Part shown: positions 18,446 to 29,283 of the stretch, in pieces
Layout of the letters: each line of letters opens with the position of its first letter
Position numbering within the stretch: the stretch's first letter is position 1
IMG/VR virus record: IMGVR_UViG_3300045988_167906
Reading direction: 5' to 3' (one strand)
Length of the DNA: 64,000 nt
From: a virus
The notes under the pieces: model-generated
Databases searched by the model: none
The model's input: the letters and a program-made list of their open reading frames with translations, nothing else
Told to the model about the DNA's origin: nothing
Program-made: the position numbers and the translations under genes

Positions 18446-18748
18446 ATGAGAAGTAGAAGTGGTAGTGTCGCAGTAATTCTTGTTGTAATTATTCTTGTAC
18501 TTGGCCTTTTGGTTCTTACTTTCAGTGGTGCGAATTTCCAACGTACCATCAAGAGTTGGAGAAGTAATTACACGGGCGGCCTTTATCGTATTGTGTCTGT
18601 CTATGATTACAATGGTAATCTCTTGCGGGAATATGGTCCGGCAATGATTGACATTAGCGAGTCAGAAAATGAAACATTCTTTGATTATAATGGTAATCGT
18701 ATTGTAATTCATAACGCTATTGTAATCGTTGAAGAAGTAAATAAATAA
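18446..18748 (+). CDS. membrane-anchored hypothetical protein
   Basis: N-terminal TM helix. Confidence 0.45.
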   Translation: MRSRSGSVAVILVVIILVLGLLVLTFSGANFQRTIKSWRSNYTGGLYRIVSVYDYNGNLLREYGPAMIDISESENETFFDYNGNRIVIHNAIVIVEEVNK

Positions 18749-18835
18749 TCAAAGAGCCAGAGCAAATCTGGCTCTTTTATTTTTATAAAAAAATTTGTTA
18801 AAATATATATATAAAAATGAGGGAGAAAATAAATT

Positions 18836-19168
18836 ATGAAGTATGTTGCTTATGATTATTTTGATAATTTCTATCCTGGCATTCTTGGTATTTGCAATAC
18901 CGAAGCTGATGTGCAGGAACTGATTCTTGCCGCCGCCGAAGAAGAAGCATATAGGGCATTCCTTGATGATTATTATTATGATGAAACTGGATTTACAGTA
19001 GAACCTGGTGAAAACCCTATGGAAGTTTATCTCAATGATAAAATTCTTGACTGGAAAGAGTATAATAAATTTAGATTTCCATTTGATGATAAAAATATTT
19101 CTTTCTATGGTTGGACTCTTCTTATGGCTAGTGAATATTATAACTATTCTATCGGAGAGGAGTATTAA
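18836..19168 (+). CDS. tandem paralog 1 of 3 (MKY... acidic small proteins)
   Basis: Shares N-terminal MKY(x)...C(N/D)T(E/R)AD(x)EELILA with the next two genes. Confidence 0.5.
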   Translation: MKYVAYDYFDNFYPGILGICNTEADVQELILAAAEEEAYRAFLDDYYYDETGFTVEPGENPMEVYLNDKILDWKEYNKFRFPFDDKNISFYGWTLLMASEYYNYSIGEEY

Positions 19169-19444
19169 ATGAAATATTTAATTTCTGAAATTGATGATGA
19201 TGCTTGTTGCGAAATCCCTCGATATATTTGCAACACTCGGGCAGACGCCGAAGAACTTATTCTTGCAATAACTGAAGAAGATGTATATAATCAAGCAATG
19301 TACGATGGCGTAGATGATTTCTTTACTTATAGTTTTGCTTTCAGAAGATCCCGCCATCCAGAAGTGAAATGTAAAACTCATTATGGCACAGCTCTTTGGT
19401 TTATGAGTGGTCGATTTATTATTGAAGAATTAGGAGAATATTAA
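19169..19444 (+). CDS. tandem paralog 2 of 3
   Basis: As for 18836-19168. Confidence 0.5.
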   Translation: MKYLISEIDDDACCEIPRYICNTRADAEELILAITEEDVYNQAMYDGVDDFFTYSFAFRRSRHPEVKCKTHYGTALWFMSGRFIIEELGEY

Positions 19445-19720
19445 ATGAAATATATTGTTTGGAATAGCTGTAATGATGATTTAATTTGCTGTGATAACCG
19501 AATTTCTGCCGAAGAACTTGTTCTATCTATCGCCGAGGAAGAAGCATTTATCGAATATAATTATGGCATTAACAAACTTGATGATGCCGATACTCTTGAA
19601 GAATATACAGATACATTACGTGATTGGTGGAAGAAATATCAATGTAGTAATGAATGCATTGCTCTTTTCTTTGGCGGAATTAATTACTACATTAGAGCTA
19701 TTCCAAGTTTGGAGGATTAA
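19445..19720 (+). CDS. tandem paralog 3 of 3
   Basis: As for 18836-19168. Confidence 0.5.
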   Translation: MKYIVWNSCNDDLICCDNRISAEELVLSIAEEEAFIEYNYGINKLDDADTLEEYTDTLRDWWKKYQCSNECIALFFGGINYYIRAIPSLED

Positions 19721-19722
19721 AT

Positions 19723-19953
19723 ATGTATTTTAGATATAAAGTAAACTGGAATTTTGATGACAAGTCAAAAGATGAGACAGGACTTGTGTATTCTGATAAT
19801 GACGTTGATGAAGGATATACTGATGCTATGGAAAAGATCTGTCAGTATTTTGATAGCATCAATAAAGTAGAGCTTGAAGCATTCGCTCCTGATGATTGTC
19901 TTGAAGTAAGTGCCGAAGCACTTGATGCAATTCAGGAGAATGTGCTGTGGTAA
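19723..19953 (+). CDS. hypothetical protein (76 aa)
   Basis: RBS GGAGGATTAAATATG. Confidence 0.45.
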   Translation: MYFRYKVNWNFDDKSKDETGLVYSDNDVDEGYTDAMEKICQYFDSINKVELEAFAPDDCLEVSAEALDAIQENVLW

Positions 19954-20162
19954 ATTTGCGTCGATGCGGCAGATGCGGCTATCGTGTTCAAGGCCAATGC
20001 CGCATCGTCTCTGGCTTACGTGTCGATGATGAAGACCCAGGCTGCAAATTCTTCTGCTCTAACCCGCCGCATTGTACCAGGTGCGGCACTATCCTTCAAA
20101 ATAATCAAGTCCTTATTGTGGATGACAAAATCTATTGTAAAAATTGTGGGAGTAATATATGA
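19947..20162 (+). CDS. zinc-ribbon protein (two CxxC pairs at each end)
   Basis: CGRCGYRV...CTRCG...CKNCG. Confidence 0.5.
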   Translation: MVNLRRCGRCGYRVQGQCRIVSGLRVDDEDPGCKFFCSNPPHCTRCGTILQNNQVLIVDDKIYCKNCGSNI

Positions 20163-20365
20163 TTTATAAAATTAAAGCTGAAGGATATCCATATCCTATT
20201 CATGTTAATACTGCTGTTATTCCTATTATGTATATCATTAAAATTGAAAAAAATTTGTACGAATTAACAATGGTTGAATCTTTATCAAAAAGGTATAAAC
20301 TTACTATTAATGCTCTCGAAAACCGCGATTTTATTGAATTTATGGGAGGAAAAGTAGAAAAATGA
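20159..20365 (+). CDS. hypothetical protein (68 aa)
   Basis: ATGA overlap. Confidence 0.4.
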   Translation: MIYKIKAEGYPYPIHVNTAVIPIMYIIKIEKNLYELTMVESLSKRYKLTINALENRDFIEFMGGKVEK

Positions 20366-20859
20366 TTTTTTTCTTGATCGCCATAGCTATCACTATTGTT
20401 TATAGTATTCAGCAGTATATTAAATATTATAATTTTTCAAAAATTTGGAAGTGGTTTAAGTCCGAATTTCTATGGGCAGCCGTTTGTACTTGTATGGTCG
20501 CTATCGCTATCAGTGGACTATTAGCTGTTATTTATTGTGATAGTCCCAGTGGCAAAGAACATTCAGTAACTAAAATAGAAAATTATCATGAACTTAAGCC
20601 TATGTCAGAAGGTACTTATATCCAATGGGGTAGCGACAATTCCGCAATTGTTCTTTTAGATAATGGTTATTATCAGACATATAAGCTTGATAATAGTTCA
20701 GTATTTATTAAGACCTGTGCCGATGGCGAAGTACCTAATGTAAAAACAATTAATTATACAAAATATAATGATTATCGTCAATGGCTCTGTCTCTGGAATG
20801 CCCTTAGTAATGAAACATTTATTACACTTCCTCCTGGAGTTTATAAACCTATTACATAA
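20362..20859 (+). CDS. membrane protein (2 N-terminal TM helices)
   Basis: Hydrophobic N-terminus. Confidence 0.5.
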   Translation: MIFFLIAIAITIVYSIQQYIKYYNFSKIWKWFKSEFLWAAVCTCMVAIAISGLLAVIYCDSPSGKEHSVTKIENYHELKPMSEGTYIQWGSDNSAIVLLDNGYYQTYKLDNSSVFIKTCADGEVPNVKTINYTKYNDYRQWLCLWNALSNETFITLPPGVYKPIT

Positions 20860-20952
20860 GCCGATTGGTTAACGCCATTCGGCTTCTTTTATTTTTATAA
20901 AAAAATATTGTAAAATATATATAAAGAAATGAGAAATAAAAAAATTAACAAG

Positions 20953-21318
20953 GAGGCATATATCATGAGTGTTGAATATGAAGCGTTTGTCGGTCGTGGT
21001 TTTATGTTTGGTGAAGACGGAACTCCTACTTTCAGAGAATATTGCGAACGAGTAAAGATTGACCCGAATGAAGCATTTGAAATTCTTCAAGAAGATGACC
21101 TTGTAATTTCTGATTGCTATGGCTATGATTGGCTGGATCATATCTTTTTTGGTTATCGTCTTTTTAGTATTGACCTTGATTCATCATTCAATTATAATCG
21201 TCTTAACCATTTTGAAATTGATGTAAATAAAGAACATGAAATGGAAAAAAAGTTTAATGAAGTATTTGGTGAATATCCGCCAATTTTTAGTAGCTATATT
21301 GTAGAGAGGGCATATTAA
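20953..21318 (+). CDS. hypothetical protein
   Basis: Late promoter 20889-20925, RBS AAGGAGG. Confidence 0.5.
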   Translation, partial: EAYIMSVEYEAFVGRGFMFGEDGTPTFREYCERVKIDPNEAFEILQEDDLVISDCYGYDWLDHIFFGYRLFSIDLDSSFNYNRLNHFEIDVNKEHEMEKKFNEVFGEYPPIFSSYIVERAY

Positions 21319-21650
21319 TGGATGGCTTAATTATTATTAATCATTTGCCGCTTGATGAAGGCAATTATGATTTTATGGATACATATAATTTTATTGCCTT
21401 AACGCCTCAGCTTACTTGGCAAGAAACATTCCAAGAGATTGAAGAAGTGCGGCGGACGGTTGTGGAGGATGTAGCAGATGACCTTATCTATTATATCCAG
21501 AAGCAAATCTATGAAACAAGTCTTGAAGCGGCAGAACAGTGGTTCCTATACGAAACGTCTTGCCTGCTTGGGCAAGGTAAATTGGCATTTATGTCTTATG
21601 TAGACAAATTTATTGAATTTATTTATGTGGAGGGTGTGAAACAATGGTAA
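21318..21650 (+). CDS. hypothetical protein (110 aa)
   Basis: Stop/start overlap. Confidence 0.45.
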   Translation: MDGLIIINHLPLDEGNYDFMDTYNFIALTPQLTWQETFQEIEEVRRTVVEDVADDLIYYIQKQIYETSLEAAEQWFLYETSCLLGQGKLAFMSYVDKFIEFIYVEGVKQW

Positions 21651-21979
21651 TAACTGACGAGGATAAATTGATTATTGAAGGGGTAATTGGTCCCAAAGAT
21701 AGTGCGAGTAGAGTTATTTATAAGGCATTGAAATCTATTCCTGATAGTGCTATGATGGTACAGGCAAATCTGACTAATACTCATAGTATTTGGATTGTAC
21801 GTGAAGGTATGGTACAAACAATTAAAATTGCACTTGATAGATGCAGCTGTCATAAGGATATTGATTATACTGTTATTGATAATCCGCCTTATTACGATGC
21901 AATTTTTGTTGTAATTAAAGACCCAGTAGATTATTCTAAGGGTATGTATCAGTATAGAATTAAGGAGTGGAAAAAGTAA
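21644..21979 (+). CDS. hypothetical protein (111 aa)
   Basis: Overlap. Confidence 0.45.
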   Translation: MVITDEDKLIIEGVIGPKDSASRVIYKALKSIPDSAMMVQANLTNTHSIWIVREGMVQTIKIALDRCSCHKDIDYTVIDNPPYYDAIFVVIKDPVDYSKGMYQYRIKEWKK

Positions 21980-22320
21980 TGGATAAGAATTGTAAATATT
22001 GGAATAGTTCTCATAGCTCCAACAGTAAGAACAATCTGAAACGTAAGATTATTCATCGTATCAAGAAGATGAATAAGAATTTGCACGATGATCCTCTGTG
22101 GCAGGGCAGATTTGAAATCCGTTGTGACGATATTTTTCATGCAACTTATGAAGATGGCAGCGGCAATTATGCCATTGTATATCTAACTATTTGGGATAAA
22201 GAAAAGAAACTACTTGGCAGTAAAAGATTTGATGACCTTGATTTTACTATGTTCAATGGGTATCATTTCTGGGAATGGGTAAATCAATTCGTTTGTGATT
22301 GCAATATGGAGGATAAATAA
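21979..22320 (+). CDS. hypothetical protein
   Basis: RBS AAGGAG. Confidence 0.45.
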   Translation: MDKNCKYWNSSHSSNSKNNLKRKIIHRIKKMNKNLHDDPLWQGRFEIRCDDIFHATYEDGSGNYAIVYLTIWDKEKKLLGSKRFDDLDFTMFNGYHFWEWVNQFVCDCNMEDK

Positions 22321-22782
22321 ATGACTATTGTGGCTTTTGTTATTGGCATTATTCTTATTATTGTTGGTGTCATGCTTAATTTAAGATATGGCTCTTATGA
22401 AGAAAAAGGCGTAGGCTGGGTAGTAGTTGGCGGCATCCTTGCATTTTTTGCAGCTGTTGGCATTATCGTTTGTGCTCTATCAATTAGTAAAGTGCCTGAA
22501 TACAATAAGAAAATTGAAGTATATGAAACTGAAATGCAAACCATCCAAGTGACAATTAATGATGTAGTCGCTAATTATCTTGACCACGAAAAAGATACAT
22601 ATGCTGCATTGACTCCTGAAAATGCTATTATCTTCGCATCTATTTATCCTGAATTGTCCAGTAGTGAATTAGTTAAACGGCAGTTGGAAATTTACAATAA
22701 TTATCTAGTGAGCATTAAGAATTGTAAACTTGCCCTTGCAGAAGTATCTACGGCAAAGTGGTGGTTGTATTTTGGTCATTAA
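22321..22782 (+). CDS. membrane protein
   Basis: Two TM helices. Confidence 0.5.
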   Translation: MTIVAFVIGIILIIVGVMLNLRYGSYEEKGVGWVVVGGILAFFAAVGIIVCALSISKVPEYNKKIEVYETEMQTIQVTINDVVANYLDHEKDTYAALTPENAIIFASIYPELSSSELVKRQLEIYNNYLVSIKNCKLALAEVSTAKWWLYFGH

Positions 22783-22973
22783 ATTAATGTTGGCAATTAT
22801 CCATTCTACAATAGACCCGCTATGGTTTCTCATTCCGGGTCTAATTCTATTAGGAGTAGCTATTTATTTACGTTTACATTTAGAAGATTAAATTTTATAT
22901 AGAACTATTTTCTAAATATATTATACAAAAAAATTTTAATTATGTCAAACCATTTTGGGCAAAGGAGGACAAT

Positions 22974-23414
22974 ATGTCATAGGACTATTTATATGAATTT
23001 TGGTCGCCAGAAGGCGATTATAAGAAAGTGTGTGCAACACCTGCCGAAGCACGAAGATATGATATCACTGGCAGCATGTTAATGGATGTAGCTTGTGATT
23101 GCTATGAGAAACATTCAGATAAGTATCGCGATGTAGCTGATGTATTGAGTCAGTGTTATTATACTAAAACTTTAATTACAGATGAAGCTTGTTATAAAAA
23201 GGATAAAGATTGTTTTAGACTTACAGGTTATACTCCTTATGGAGAATATAGCACTTGGCTTATTGCTAATGGTTCTAATAGTGTAGAGCAATTTGAGCAT
23301 TGGATGAAAGAAGAACTAACAGCTGATTGGTGGCCGGAGCATCGTGATGAATACGATGATAAGGAAGATTTCTATAACGCTTGTTATTGTGTAATAGAAA
23401 AAATTGAAAAATAA
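22974..23414 (+). CDS. hypothetical Cys-rich protein (146 aa) with in-frame TAG at codon 3
   Basis: AGGAGG RBS precedes ATG 22974, and TAG at 22980 is in frame with listed ORF 23028-23414. Confidence 0.45.
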
Positions 23415-23460
23415 AAAATAATATTATATAATATTTATATAATAAAGGAGGAAATATTAT

Positions 23461-25584
23461 ATGAGTTATTTATTTACCAGTGAAAGCGTTTTTGCCGGTC
23501 ATCCTGATAAGGTTTGTGATTAGGTAAGTGATGCTATTCTGGATTATGTCCTCCAGCTTGATCCTGATGCACGAGTAGCTTGTGAATGTACTATTAGCCC
23601 AGGCATCTTCCATATTATGGGAGAGATCACAGCTAAAACAGAACAATCTATTCCTTATCAGGAAATTGCAAGAGAGACTTTAAGATTTATTGGTTATGAC
23701 AATGATGAAGCAGGATTTAACTGCGACACTTGTTCATATATTATTAATGTAGTAAATCAATCCCCTGACATCGCTGCGGGTGTTGATAGGGATGGTGCTG
23801 GCGACCAAGGCATGATGTTTGGTTATGCAACCAATGAAACAGAAAATTATATGCCTATCGCTCAGCAACTTGCTAACAATATCTCGGTCATTATGTTTAG
23901 TAAGTATAAAAATGATTTGCTACCTTGGGCATTACCTGACGGCAAATGCCAGATAACTGTCCAATACGATGATGATGGCAACTTTGAAGGGGTAGATACA
24001 ATTGTCGTATCGGCCCAACACAAAGACAAGTATAGTATTAAGGAAATAACGCCCGATATTACGAACATTTGTAATATTGCCCTTCAAGGTTATGCCATTA
24101 AAAAAGATTGTAAATTTTATATTAACCCAACAGGTAAGTTTGTGAAGGGCGGTCCCCAGGCTGATACTGGATTAACAGGACGTAAAATCGTTGTAGATAC
24201 ATATGGTGGCTACGCTCCGCATGGTGGTGGATGCGTAAATGGAGATACAGAATTTTTAACCCTTAATGGGTGGAAAAAAATCTCTGAATTTTCTTCAGAT
24301 GATAAAGTAGCTCAATGGGATGATGGCAAGATTTCATTTGTTAATGGTGAATTTGTAAGGCTACCTAAAACTAAAATGTATCATATTGCTACTAATAAAT
24401 CATTGGATATGATATTATCTGATAATCATAATGTTCTCTATAAAACATCTAAAGGAAATTATCAGAAGAAAACTTGTCAAGAAATTTTAGACTATTATTA
24501 TAAAAATAATGGGTTTAGAAGTATTCAAATCCCTATTTATTTTACTTATGATTTTAAGGATAATCCTGGCCTTGATTTAACTGATGATGAAATTAGACTT
24601 CAAGTAGCATTTTGTGCAGATGGTACTATTCTAAAAGAGAATTCAGGATGGACTGGAAGAATTAGAGTTAAAAAGAAATATAAAAAAGAGGCATTAAGAA
24701 AACTATTCGCTTCAACAGGACTTGATTATAAGGAAACCCCAGATAATGATTGTAGTATTTTTTGGTATAAGCCTTCCTTCGTAAATAAAAAAATGAATGA
24801 ATGTTTATCTAAATGCAATTTGCATCAAGCTCAAATAATTGCTGATGAAGTAATTAAATGGGATGGAGATAGAGATTGTGTTTTTAGAACCACACATAAA
24901 GATGAAGCCGATTTTATTCAATTTATTTTTATGGCAGTTTATGGCACATCTTCTCATTTTTCTATTGATGATAGAATAGGTGAAACATTCAGTGAAAATT
25001 ATACTCGTAGAAGTATTTGTTATGAAGTAAGACAAGGTAAATATAAATATTCTACTCCATTCAGAACTTCAGGTTCTTCAATTGCCAATCTAACTATTGA
25101 AGATTATGAAGATAATGATCCTTGGATGTATTGTATTAATGTACCTTCTCATAATCTTGTATTAAGATATAATAATCGAGTTTTTATTACAGGCAATTGT
25201 TTTAGCGGCAAAGACCCCAGTAAGGTAGACCGTAGTGGTGCATATATGGCACGCTATGTAGCTAAAAATCTTGTAGCTTCTGGCGTTTGTGATAAATGTA
25301 TGATTCAAGTTGCTTATATCATTGGACAGACAGAACCTGCATCTATTGATATTAATTGTTTTGGCACAGAAAAGAAACCTATTGCTGAAATTCTTGATGC
25401 AGTTAATCAGACATTTGATTTTGCACCGCGTAGTATTATTCATAAATTTGATTTAAAGCATACTCGCTATTTACCCTATGCTTGTTTTGGTCATTTTGGT
25501 CGTATTGAATGCAATAGTCCTTGGGAACAACTTGATAAAGTAGACGAATTAAAAACAATTTTTGATTTTGAAAAGGAGAACTAA
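23461..25584 (+). CDS. metK: S-adenosylmethionine synthetase (MetK) interrupted by a 322-aa intein; TAG codon at the conserved Gln
   Basis: MSYLFTSESVFAGHPDKVCD(TAG)VSDAILD aligns with E. coli MetK [34 protein letters not shown] and (after the intein) CFSGKDPSKVDRSGAYMARYVAKN are the other MetK signature motifs. Confidence 0.85.
24232..25197 (+). mobile_element. intein inserted in the MetK HGGG|AFSGKD P-loop (starts Cys, ends Asn, +1 Cys)
   Basis: MetK homology is continuous across the deletion of 24232-25197. The insert begins CVNGDTEFLTLNGW and ends ...RVFITGN followed by CFSGKD. Confidence 0.7.
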
Positions 25585-25673
25585 TATGGACCCCGTAATT
25601 ATTCTTGTTATTGCTATTGGCATCATTGGTGGATTGTATTTTTATAACTATAAGAAAGGAACCAAGTATTAAT

Positions 25674-25907
25674 ATGATTTATTGCCTTGTTCCAAAAGAT
25701 GAACTAAAAGATTTGCTCTATGATAGTTTGAAGCTTCAAGCATTAGAGGTTTCAGGAGTGGACAACTGGACTTGGTACGGAGATTCTATTAGAGATTTTA
25801 TTGATGCTGCCAAGGCAGACTATAATGTTCCAGAAGATGATGATGATTTCGACATTGGCGATATGGCTGATGTAGATGTTGAAGGTTATAGAACAGTGGA
25901 GGAATAA
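25674..25907 (+). CDS. hypothetical acidic protein
   Basis: ATG 25674. A 28-aa TM micro-ORF (25586-25672) precedes it. Confidence 0.4.
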   Translation: MIYCLVPKDELKDLLYDSLKLQALEVSGVDNWTWYGDSIRDFIDAAKADYNVPEDDDDFDIGDMADVDVEGYRTVEE

Positions 25908-25909
25908 TT

Positions 25910-26320
25910 ATGTTATTGTATTTGTTGGCTATTGTTGTTTGCGTAGTTTGTTTTATCATTGGAAAAATTTTAAGTGATAATTTTAGTGATTGGAGTGTTC
26001 TTCCATTCACAGTAGGTTTTATGACGGCTCTTGTAGTATTTATTAGCACTATTGTTTTTATCAGTCAAGGAGTCAGAGAACCTATTGACCGTGCAAATAT
26101 TGAAGCCGAACGTGATGTTATTGTTTATCAGGTAGAACATCATGATAGTTTTCTTGAGACTTCAAGAGTTGGTGTAAATGAATTGTATTATACTCAAGTA
26201 AAAGAGTTTAATGAGAAAGTACGTTTTCACCAGTTTTATAGGAGTAATCCTTGGACAAGCTGGTATGAGCAGCCATTTTGGTCAGAAATTGAATTGATTG
26301 ATTATACAGAGGAGTCTTGA
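25910..26320 (+). CDS. membrane protein
   Basis: Two TM helices. Confidence 0.5.
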   Translation: MLLYLLAIVVCVVCFIIGKILSDNFSDWSVLPFTVGFMTALVVFISTIVFISQGVREPIDRANIEAERDVIVYQVEHHDSFLETSRVGVNELYYTQVKEFNEKVRFHQFYRSNPWTSWYEQPFWSEIELIDYTEES

Positions 26321-26413
26321 TAAGAGACTCCTCTTTTATTTTTATAAAAAAATATTATAAAATATATATATAAAGAAATGAGAGATATAAAGAATTTTAA
26401 AGGAGACGATACT

Positions 26414-26572
26414 ATGGACAAGATTAGAAACGAAGAAGTTGTCAATGCTTATAATAAGGTCGTTGATCTCTGTGTAAGTAATTATGAGTATATTGACAAT
26501 GATGAAGCGGAAGAAATTGACATGGCTCTTGATATTCTTTATAAGCAGCTTTTTGAGGAGGGTGACAGATAA
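26414..26572 (+). CDS. hypothetical protein (52 aa)
   Basis: Late promoter 26338-26375, RBS AAAGGAG. Confidence 0.4.
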   Translation: MDKIRNEEVVNAYNKVVDLCVSNYEYIDNDEAEEIDMALDILYKQLFEEGDR

Positions 26573-27282
26573 TGGCTCTTGTTGCTAAGTCTTATCAGGA
26601 TTTGGAAATTGTTCGTGATACTTATATTGAAAATGGCAAGCGTTATTGTGATGTGCGGACCAAGGATGGCAAGATTAAGAAGGTTAAGAGCTACACCCAG
26701 TCAGAGTATGACCGCTATTATCCTCCTGTGAAAGTTATTAAACCTGGCAATCGTAAGCATATTCTTGGTTTTGATAATGGTTATATTACTCTATTTAAGG
26801 GTAATACTTATGAAAATCTTGAATGGTTTGAACGCTCTAATGCTCGTTTCCACACTATGTTTAAGTGGTATGTTGTTTCTACAGAAGAAGTTCCTGCCGA
26901 TGTGCCGGAAGGTATTACGCCAGTGCAGCTGCCTTGGGAGCTCGTAGGTAATGACGACGGCACTCTGAAAGATGCAGTAGTTATTAATAAGGTAGTTGAA
27001 AACCTTATTTATGATGAAGGCAATAGCCGCTATCAGGGTGAAGTTGGGGACAAGATTGAGCGTGATGTAAAAGTAATTAAAAACATTGAAGCAGAAAATT
27101 ATTATGGTGTTAACCATATTATGACATTCATTGATGCCAATGAGAATCTGTACTGTTGGAGTACAGCTGCCAAGAATTGGGAAATTGGTAAGGAACTTAC
27201 CATTAAGGGAACTATTAAGTCTCTTGGAACTTACCAGAAGCAGAAAATTACTTATTTGACGAGGTGTAGTGAAGTTGGATAA
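26572..27282 (+). CDS. hypothetical protein (236 aa)
   Basis: ATGG overlap. Confidence 0.5.
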   Translation: MALVAKSYQDLEIVRDTYIENGKRYCDVRTKDGKIKKVKSYTQSEYDRYYPPVKVIKPGNRKHILGFDNGYITLFKGNTYENLEWFERSNARFHTMFKWYVVSTEEVPADVPEGITPVQLPWELVGNDDGTLKDAVVINKVVENLIYDEGNSRYQGEVGDKIERDVKVIKNIEAENYYGVNHIMTFIDANENLYCWSTAAKNWEIGKELTIKGTIKSLGTYQKQKITYLTRCSEVG

Positions 27283-27550
27283 TTGGATGGACGTATTTGA
27301 TGCATATGCTGAAGAAGTTTATCAGCATATGATTGTTGAAAAGCATTCTAATGCTCTTAAATATGGTAAGATTGCTATTGATTTACAGAGTGAAGAGAAT
27401 GGAAACTATTATCGTTTGCGTATAATCCTTTGGGATGATATAGTTTATGCAGATTGGATGCGTAATGGAATAGTTATTTTTTGTGAGCCGATTTCTGACA
27501 AGAAAAGTTATAATGAAAGGATTGAAATGAGTAATTGGAATTTGACATGA
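27269..27550 (+). CDS. hypothetical protein
   Basis: Overlap. Confidence 0.4.
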   Translation: MKLDNWMDVFDAYAEEVYQHMIVEKHSNALKYGKIAIDLQSEENGNYYRLRIILWDDIVYADWMRNGIVIFCEPISDKKSYNERIEMSNWNLT

Positions 27551-27963
27551 GCAAGGTAATGTCTGGTCCAGGCAATCCTTTTGTATTTAATCAGATGGAT
27601 TTTTTAATGGGTCGTATTAAGAAAGAAGACACATTAAATAAATACCATATGCTTCTTAAATCAGGCAGAGTTATTCTTGAAGACTATTGGTGTTGGCATG
27701 GTCATGAATGGTATAAAGCATTAGTTAAATGTCTTAATGATTTTTATATTGTAATTATATCAGAAATAGATGTAATTAGTATAGAAAGAATAGAAAATCC
27801 AACAGTAGATTCTATCTATATGGAATATATATTGGCAAGCAGAATGAGAGGAGATGAAGTTGATGGCGACTCTATATATGATGTGCGGCTTGAGTGCAAA
27901 TGGAAAGACTACATTCGCGAAATCCTTCGCAAAGATGAATCACATCCGGTATGTAAACCCTGA
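27535..27963 (+). CDS. hypothetical protein
   Basis: Overlap. Confidence 0.4.
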   Translation: MEFDMSKVMSGPGNPFVFNQMDFLMGRIKKEDTLNKYHMLLKSGRVILEDYWCWHGHEWYKALVKCLNDFYIVIISEIDVISIERIENPTVDSIYMEYILASRMRGDEVDGDSIYDVRLECKWKDYIREILRKDESHPVCKP

Positions 27964-28399
27964 TGAATTGTATGCTGTCTTTAATGGTGATGAATGCAAC
28001 CGTAGTCATAAGTTCGAAGTTTGGCAGACATTGTATCAGATTGTACATTGTGCAGAACTGGACAATGCAGATATTATCATTGATACTAACTGTTTGACTC
28101 TTGGACAGAGAGAAGAAATCAGAAGCCGTTTCCCCCATTTCGATAACTATCAGCTTATGGTTATTATTGCTAGCGTAGAAAATTCAAAGGAATGGAACTC
28201 CCAGAGACATAGAGTAGTGCCGCAGCAGGAGCTTGAACGGCAGGCACGTATTGTAGACTGGCCTAATTTGACTGACCATTATAATGGTTGGAATAATATT
28301 AGATATTATTATAATGATGGCTCTCTGTTTACTAAATATCGTGAAATTTATGATGGTGAAGACCATGACTTGCGGCAGGAGAAGGAGGATAATAAGTAA
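27854..28399 (+). CDS. P-loop kinase (polynucleotide-kinase-like NTPase domain)
   Basis: Walker A GLSANGKTT, Walker-B-like IIIDTN. RBS GAGAGGAG. Confidence 0.5.
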   Translation: MKLMATLYMMCGLSANGKTTFAKSFAKMNHIRYVNPDELYAVFNGDECNRSHKFEVWQTLYQIVHCAELDNADIIIDTNCLTLGQREEIRSRFPHFDNYQLMVIIASVENSKEWNSQRHRVVPQQELERQARIVDWPNLTDHYNGWNNIRYYYNDGSLFTKYREIYDGEDHDLRQEKEDNK

Positions 28400-28998
28400 T
28401 GTTTTTAATTGTTTTAGGTATTTTTATTGTATTTGCTATTATCTGTTTTACAGTATTTAGTTATTTCAAAGACTGGGAAAATTATAAGGGTTTTAAAGAA
28501 GGAGCTATTAAATGGCATGAAAAAACTGTTGAGCTTACCTTCGATGAAGTAATGAAATACTCTGCTATTAAACCTGATAAATGGTGTGTTACTGGTAATA
28601 GCATTTCTTATAAGACTGGTAAGCGTACTCGTAATGGTGGCGAAAATAATTTTTATGTGTATTTTAGTTCTTATAAGGAATATCGTAAATTTATCCAATG
28701 GTGGGAAAATAAAAAGATTAAAGCAAAACAAGAAGACGAATTGCTTAAAGGTCTTGAATTCTGCGATCTTATGAAAAAAGATTGTCAAGCCCTTAAAGAA
28801 GAAAGCCAAGAGGCAATTCGTAAGGCGGCGATTAATAGTGCCAAGCTTATTAAGCAAACGGTTGAAAATGATGCTGAACTTAAACATATTTATAAGTGTG
28901 TAGTTAATGAAGATGGCACTGTTGAACTTGTTAAATATGATTATACTGCAACTGCACAATTGAGTAAACAGCCGGAAGGTTCTATTACTTGTTCATAA
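28399..28998 (+). CDS. hypothetical membrane-anchored protein
   Basis: N-terminal TM. Confidence 0.45.
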   Translation: MFLIVLGIFIVFAIICFTVFSYFKDWENYKGFKEGAIKWHEKTVELTFDEVMKYSAIKPDKWCVTGNSISYKTGKRTRNGGENNFYVYFSSYKEYRKFIQWWENKKIKAKQEDELLKGLEFCDLMKKDCQALKEESQEAIRKAAINSAKLIKQTVENDAELKHIYKCVVNEDGTVELVKYDYTATAQLSKQPEGSITCS

Positions 28999-29058
28999 AT
29001 TTGAAAAAAATAAAAAAATATTATATAATATTTATATAAAAGATAAGGAGTAATTAAT

Positions 29059-29283
29059 ATGTTTGGTTTTGATGATAGCTATTTTTTGTTCATGAATGAA
29101 GCAGAGGGTACTGGAATGGTAAACACTCGTACTGGATGTATTAATACTCTGGTACGTAAGATGCAAGAAAGTCCTCGATGGTATGTTGAGGAAAATTTTA
29201 ATATTATGTGTGAAGAGTGCGGGATTGAGGATATTACACCTGCCGAAGAAGATATGGTATGGGAGATGTATAGCCGAGGATGA
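29059..29283 (+). CDS. hypothetical protein
   Basis: RBS AAGGAG. Confidence 0.45.
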   Translation: MFGFDDSYFLFMNEAEGTGMVNTRTGCINTLVRKMQESPRWYVEENFNIMCEECGIEDITPAEEDMVWEMYSRG

